A DNA stretch of 20,000 nt from an uncultured virus (IMG/VR IMGVR_UViG_3300027836_000010) (lineage: Duplodnaviria; Heunggongvirae; Uroviricota; Caudoviricetes): IMG/VR virus record IMGVR_UViG_3300027836_000010. One strand, 5' to 3'. A program made the position numbers and the translations under genes. Positions 17,410 to 20,000 of this stretch are shown piece after piece. The notes under the pieces were generated by a model. The model did no database searches and was not told the origin of the DNA. It saw only the letters and a program-made list of their open reading frames with translations. Positions within the stretch are counted from its first letter, which is position 1. Each line of letters opens with the position of its first letter.

Positions 17410-18215
17410 TTAGTTTGGTCTAAGTCAACAGTTAAGTCTTCTTCGTGTTCGCAATTATCGCATTTGACATGATGTTGGGGTGTGTCCCAAGCATTTCTAT
17501 TGTGTTCTATGTGAGATACAACTGATTCCATAACATTACGGTCAACATTATCGATCCATTCGCGGATAAATTCTCGTTCAGTAACTACCGTTGTTCCGGT
17601 ATCGATACTTTCAATACCAGATACAAATACTTCATTACGTAGATTACCTAAATTTACCAGCACTTCATCCATTACAATTTTACGTTGCTCTTCGTCTAGT
17701 GAATCTAACTGTTTTAATTTTTGTTGCATTTCAAAATTCTTCAAAGCAAAAACAGAACTTTGTTTATAAGTCAATGGCTTTGTAGTTATAATTAAATCAT
17801 CTAATACTAATCGATTATCATAACGACAACTCATGTAATGATCAATAATTGAGCTTAGACCGATATCGTAACTATTAACAGTTTGACATTCTCCACATAC
17901 ATTTGTAACGGACATTTCGCCGCCGAATGTGGCAATTCTAATAGCGGTTAAAATTAGATTAACATCTAATGAAGAAAGATCCCACGCATCAGTAATAGTT
18001 GGGCAACAGCTTTGAATTACTTTTACTGTGCTATCTCCGGATATCAACGCATCTGGAGTTTTCATAAAGATTTCATCCATGCCAGTCATGCCGTAAACCG
18101 GAATGCGATCTGCTTCACCTTGTATAGTTGCAGGCTTGTTGTAAATACCCCCGCTAGGTAATGCCACAAAGATTTTTGGTTGTCTAAAAAACTGCTGTAA
18201 AGGATTTTGTGCCAT
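17391..18215 (-). CDS. Baseplate hub assembly protein / tail assembly chaperone, gp26-like
   Basis: LPSGG, MTGMDE, LDVNLILTAIRIATFG, two CxxC pairs (CGEC, CDNC) and a C-terminal NFF fit gp26-like proteins of T4-related phages; adjacent to the tape-measure-like gene. Confidence 0.75.
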   Translation of the reverse strand: MAQNPLQQFFRQPKIFVALPSGGIYNKPATIQGEADRIPVYGMTGMDEIFMKTPDALISGDSTVKVIQSCCPTITDAWDLSSLDVNLILTAIRIATFGGEMSVTNVCGECQTVNSYDIGLSSIIDHYMSCRYDNRLVLDDLIITTKPLTYKQSSVFALKNFEMQQKLKQLDSLDEEQRKIVMDEVLVNLGNLRNEVFVSGIESIDTGTTVVTEREFIREWIDNVDRNVMESVVSHIEHNRNAWDTPQHHVKCDNCEHEEDLTVDLDQTNFFVNA

Positions 18216-18226
18216 ATTTTACTCCG

Positions 18227-18234
18227 GATAAATA
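18227..18234 (+). promoter_or_regulatory. Late promoter box GATAAATA for the tape-measure-like gene
   Basis: One mismatch from TATAAATA, 45 nt upstream of the ATG at 18280. Confidence 0.6.
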
Positions 18235-18246
18235 TAATGTACACTG

Positions 18247-18278
18247 TATTTATATACGCATATAACCTGAGATTTTTA
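18247..18278 (-). promoter_or_regulatory. Late promoter (TATAAATA plus upstream element) for the gp26-like gene
   Basis: Minus strand reads TAAAAATCTCAGGTTATATGCGTATATAAATA; GGAG RBS before the ATG at 18215. Confidence 0.75.
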
Positions 18279-18279
18279 A

Positions 18280-20000
18280 ATGGCAACATTAGAAGATAAA
18301 ATTGATTCGCTGATTACAACTCTTAACAACACGTTGGGTAAACCAACTGTACCCGGCGGCAAGGAAATTTCCACGGCCGCAGTGGGTAATTTTGTCAATG
18401 GCGTTATAGACAGTACAACTAAACTAATGACTGGCACATATTCTTTATCTGCTGGCCTAAAAGATGTATCCGCGGTACTAGGAGCTGCAGGAGGCCCTAT
18501 AGTAGCACAGCTTACTGACGCAATTGGCAAAATTGGTGATAGTGCTATACACATTAATAAAGCATTGAATGAAGTTGCTGGAAGTGGTGTTAACTTTGGC
18601 AACAACATTGGTAAATTTACCGAAGATGTAGTTAGTGCTCGCATGAGCATACCAGAATTTGCCAGAGTCATAGCAGAAAGCGGACAAAAGGTTGCTGGTC
18701 TATCTGGCAATGCTCAAAAAGGAGCCGAGGCGTTCTTAACGATAGGTAAGGAATTTGCTGAAAGCCCCGCAGTCCGACAATTAAATGCGGTTGGCGTTGG
18801 CTCTGAAGAACTGAATAGAGTTCTTTTGATTAGTGCTGTTAATCGACGCGGTATGGACATGACTGATAAAGTTGTCCGAGACCGTGTAAACGCAGCCGCT
18901 CAGGACATGGCTGTTGAGATGGACAACATTGCTAGATTAACTGGTGTTAGCCGTCAACAACAAGAAAAACAAATCCAAGATCAGATGAAGAAAGTAGAAG
19001 TTGAACTTTCATTAGCTGCCATGTCAGAACAAGAAAGAGCTGCCTACGAAAAAAATATATCAGCGTTAGGCGCATACGGAGCAAAGTTTCAAGATGTGAT
19101 GACCATTGTAGCAACTGGTGGAGCACGTAACGCTGAAGACAACATGAAGATGGCACAATTAGGTCCAACATTTGTTGGCTTAGTAAACGAAATGAATGCT
19201 ATTAAGGGCAACGAGCAAAAAGATGTAGATAGACGTCGAGAAATACAAAATCGAATAGAAGCAGAAGCATTACGTATTGCTAACGATAAAGCTGGTCTTA
19301 AGACCGGAGCGGTGCTAGCAACGGGCGGTGGCGATTATGGTAGAGGTGCGGCCGAAGTTCAAGTGGCTGCTTTAAGAGTCGGGCAAGTAATGCAACAAGC
19401 AGCCAAAGATTTAGATGCAGAAAATAAAAAACGTTTTGATGCTAAAGAGCCGTTGATAACCTTAGAACAACTTCAAACTGCACGTCTAATAGAAGAACAA
19501 AAGAAACGTGAAGCGGCGCAGACTTCGTTAGAACCCGGCGCAATTATTAATAGAACTGAAGCATTGATCAAAGACATAAGTGCTGGCGCTAGCAAAGGAC
19601 TGAACGATTTAAACACTGGTGCTAAAAATGCTGCCACTGGTTTAAATGAATTTTTGAAACCTCTTACTAAAGAAGATGTTATTAGAAACTTTAGTGATTT
19701 TATTTCCAAGTTAAATTCAAATGCTGTTGACAGTAATAAACTCAGTGACCGCGCTAAGGCCGCCGAAGAGGCAGCTAAGGCCAAGAAGCCCGGTGAAAAA
19801 GCTGAAGGCGGCGGAATGTTTGGTAACATGCCTTATTTGGTCGGAGAAGACGGTCCAGAAATTGGGTCGTTTAATAAAGATAGTAATTTATTATCTAATA
19901 AAAACTTAAGAAGTTTGTTTGGCGAAGCAGATACAGATTTACGCAATGCCACAAGTAGTTTACAATCTGAAATGCGCAGTAAGATAGCAGATTTGAAAAG
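18280..20000 (+). CDS. Tape-measure-like tail protein (partial, runs off the window's right edge)
   Basis: Not in the ORF track because it has no stop in the window. ATG 18280 reads MATLEDKIDSLITTLNNTLGKP and stays open to the end. Ala/Gly/Glu/Lys-rich helical composition; AEGGGMFGNMPYLVGEDGPE resembles the A.GG...Y.VGE.GPE motif common in tape-measure proteins. Confidence 0.7.
   Translation, partial: MATLEDKIDSLITTLNNTLGKPTVPGGKEISTAAVGNFVNGVIDSTTKLMTGTYSLSAGLKDVSAVLGAAGGPIVAQLTDAIGKIGDSAIHINKALNEVAGSGVNFGNNIGKFTEDVVSARMSIPEFARVIAESGQKVAGLSGNAQKGAEAFLTIGKEFAESPAVRQLNAVGVGSEELNRVLLISAVNRRGMDMTDKVVRDRVNAAAQDMAVEMDNIARLTGVSRQQQEKQIQDQMKKVEVELSLAAMSEQERAAYEKNISALGAYGAKFQDVMTIVATGGARNAEDNMKMAQLGPTFVGLVNEMNAIKGNEQKDVDRRREIQNRIEAEALRIANDKAGLKTGAVLATGGGDYGRGAAEVQVAALRVGQVMQQAAKDLDAENKKRFDAKEPLITLEQLQTARLIEEQKKREAAQTSLEPGAIINRTEALIKDISAGASKGLNDLNTGAKNAATGLNEFLKPLTKEDVIRNFSDFISKLNSNAVDSNKLSDRAKAAEEAAKAKKPGEKAEGGGMFGNMPYLVGEDGPEIGSFNKDSNLLSNKNLRSLFGEADTDLRNATSSLQSEMRSKIADLK

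Noticed and set aside
18276..19909. Minus-strand ORFs 18276-18710, 18947-19171, 19473-19829 and plus-strand 19721-19909
   Set aside because: Shadows of the long plus-strand tape-measure-like frame starting at 18280.
1..20000. Stop-codon reassignment, as seen in some large phages
   Set aside because: Genes are full length and tightly packed in the standard code, with TAA, TGA and TAG all apparently used as stops.

Overview
A 20-kb piece of a large, AT-rich, T4-related (gp55-encoding) myovirus genome in the standard genetic code. Left half, minus strand: a complete baseplate operon (gp48/54-like tube initiator, gp53/LysM-like, gp27-like hub, gp5-like spike without lysozyme, gp25-like, enlarged gp6-like wedge, and a large partial virion protein). 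Centre, plus strand, behind a near-consensus sigma70 promoter: gp55-like late sigma factor, gp47/gp46 (Mre11/Rad50), a small basic protein, an SGNH hydrolase and a stand-alone GIY-YIG protein. These are followed by about 530 nt of non-coding, densely base-paired sequence. Right: a late gene with a capsid-targeting-like N-terminus, a gp26-like gene and a divergent partial tape-measure-like gene. Main observations: (1) a candidate large multi-domain, pseudoknotted ncRNA directly after the GIY-YIG gene, ending in ssDNA-type hairpins; (2) a canonical -1 frameshift signal (U UUU UUC, 6-nt spacer, 12-bp stem) that would extend the gp26-like protein in lambda G/GT fashion; (3) a conserved upstream element at fixed spacing in three late promoters, alongside a gp55 with a ~140-aa insertion. 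All calls come from reading motifs by eye; no searches or folding programs were run.
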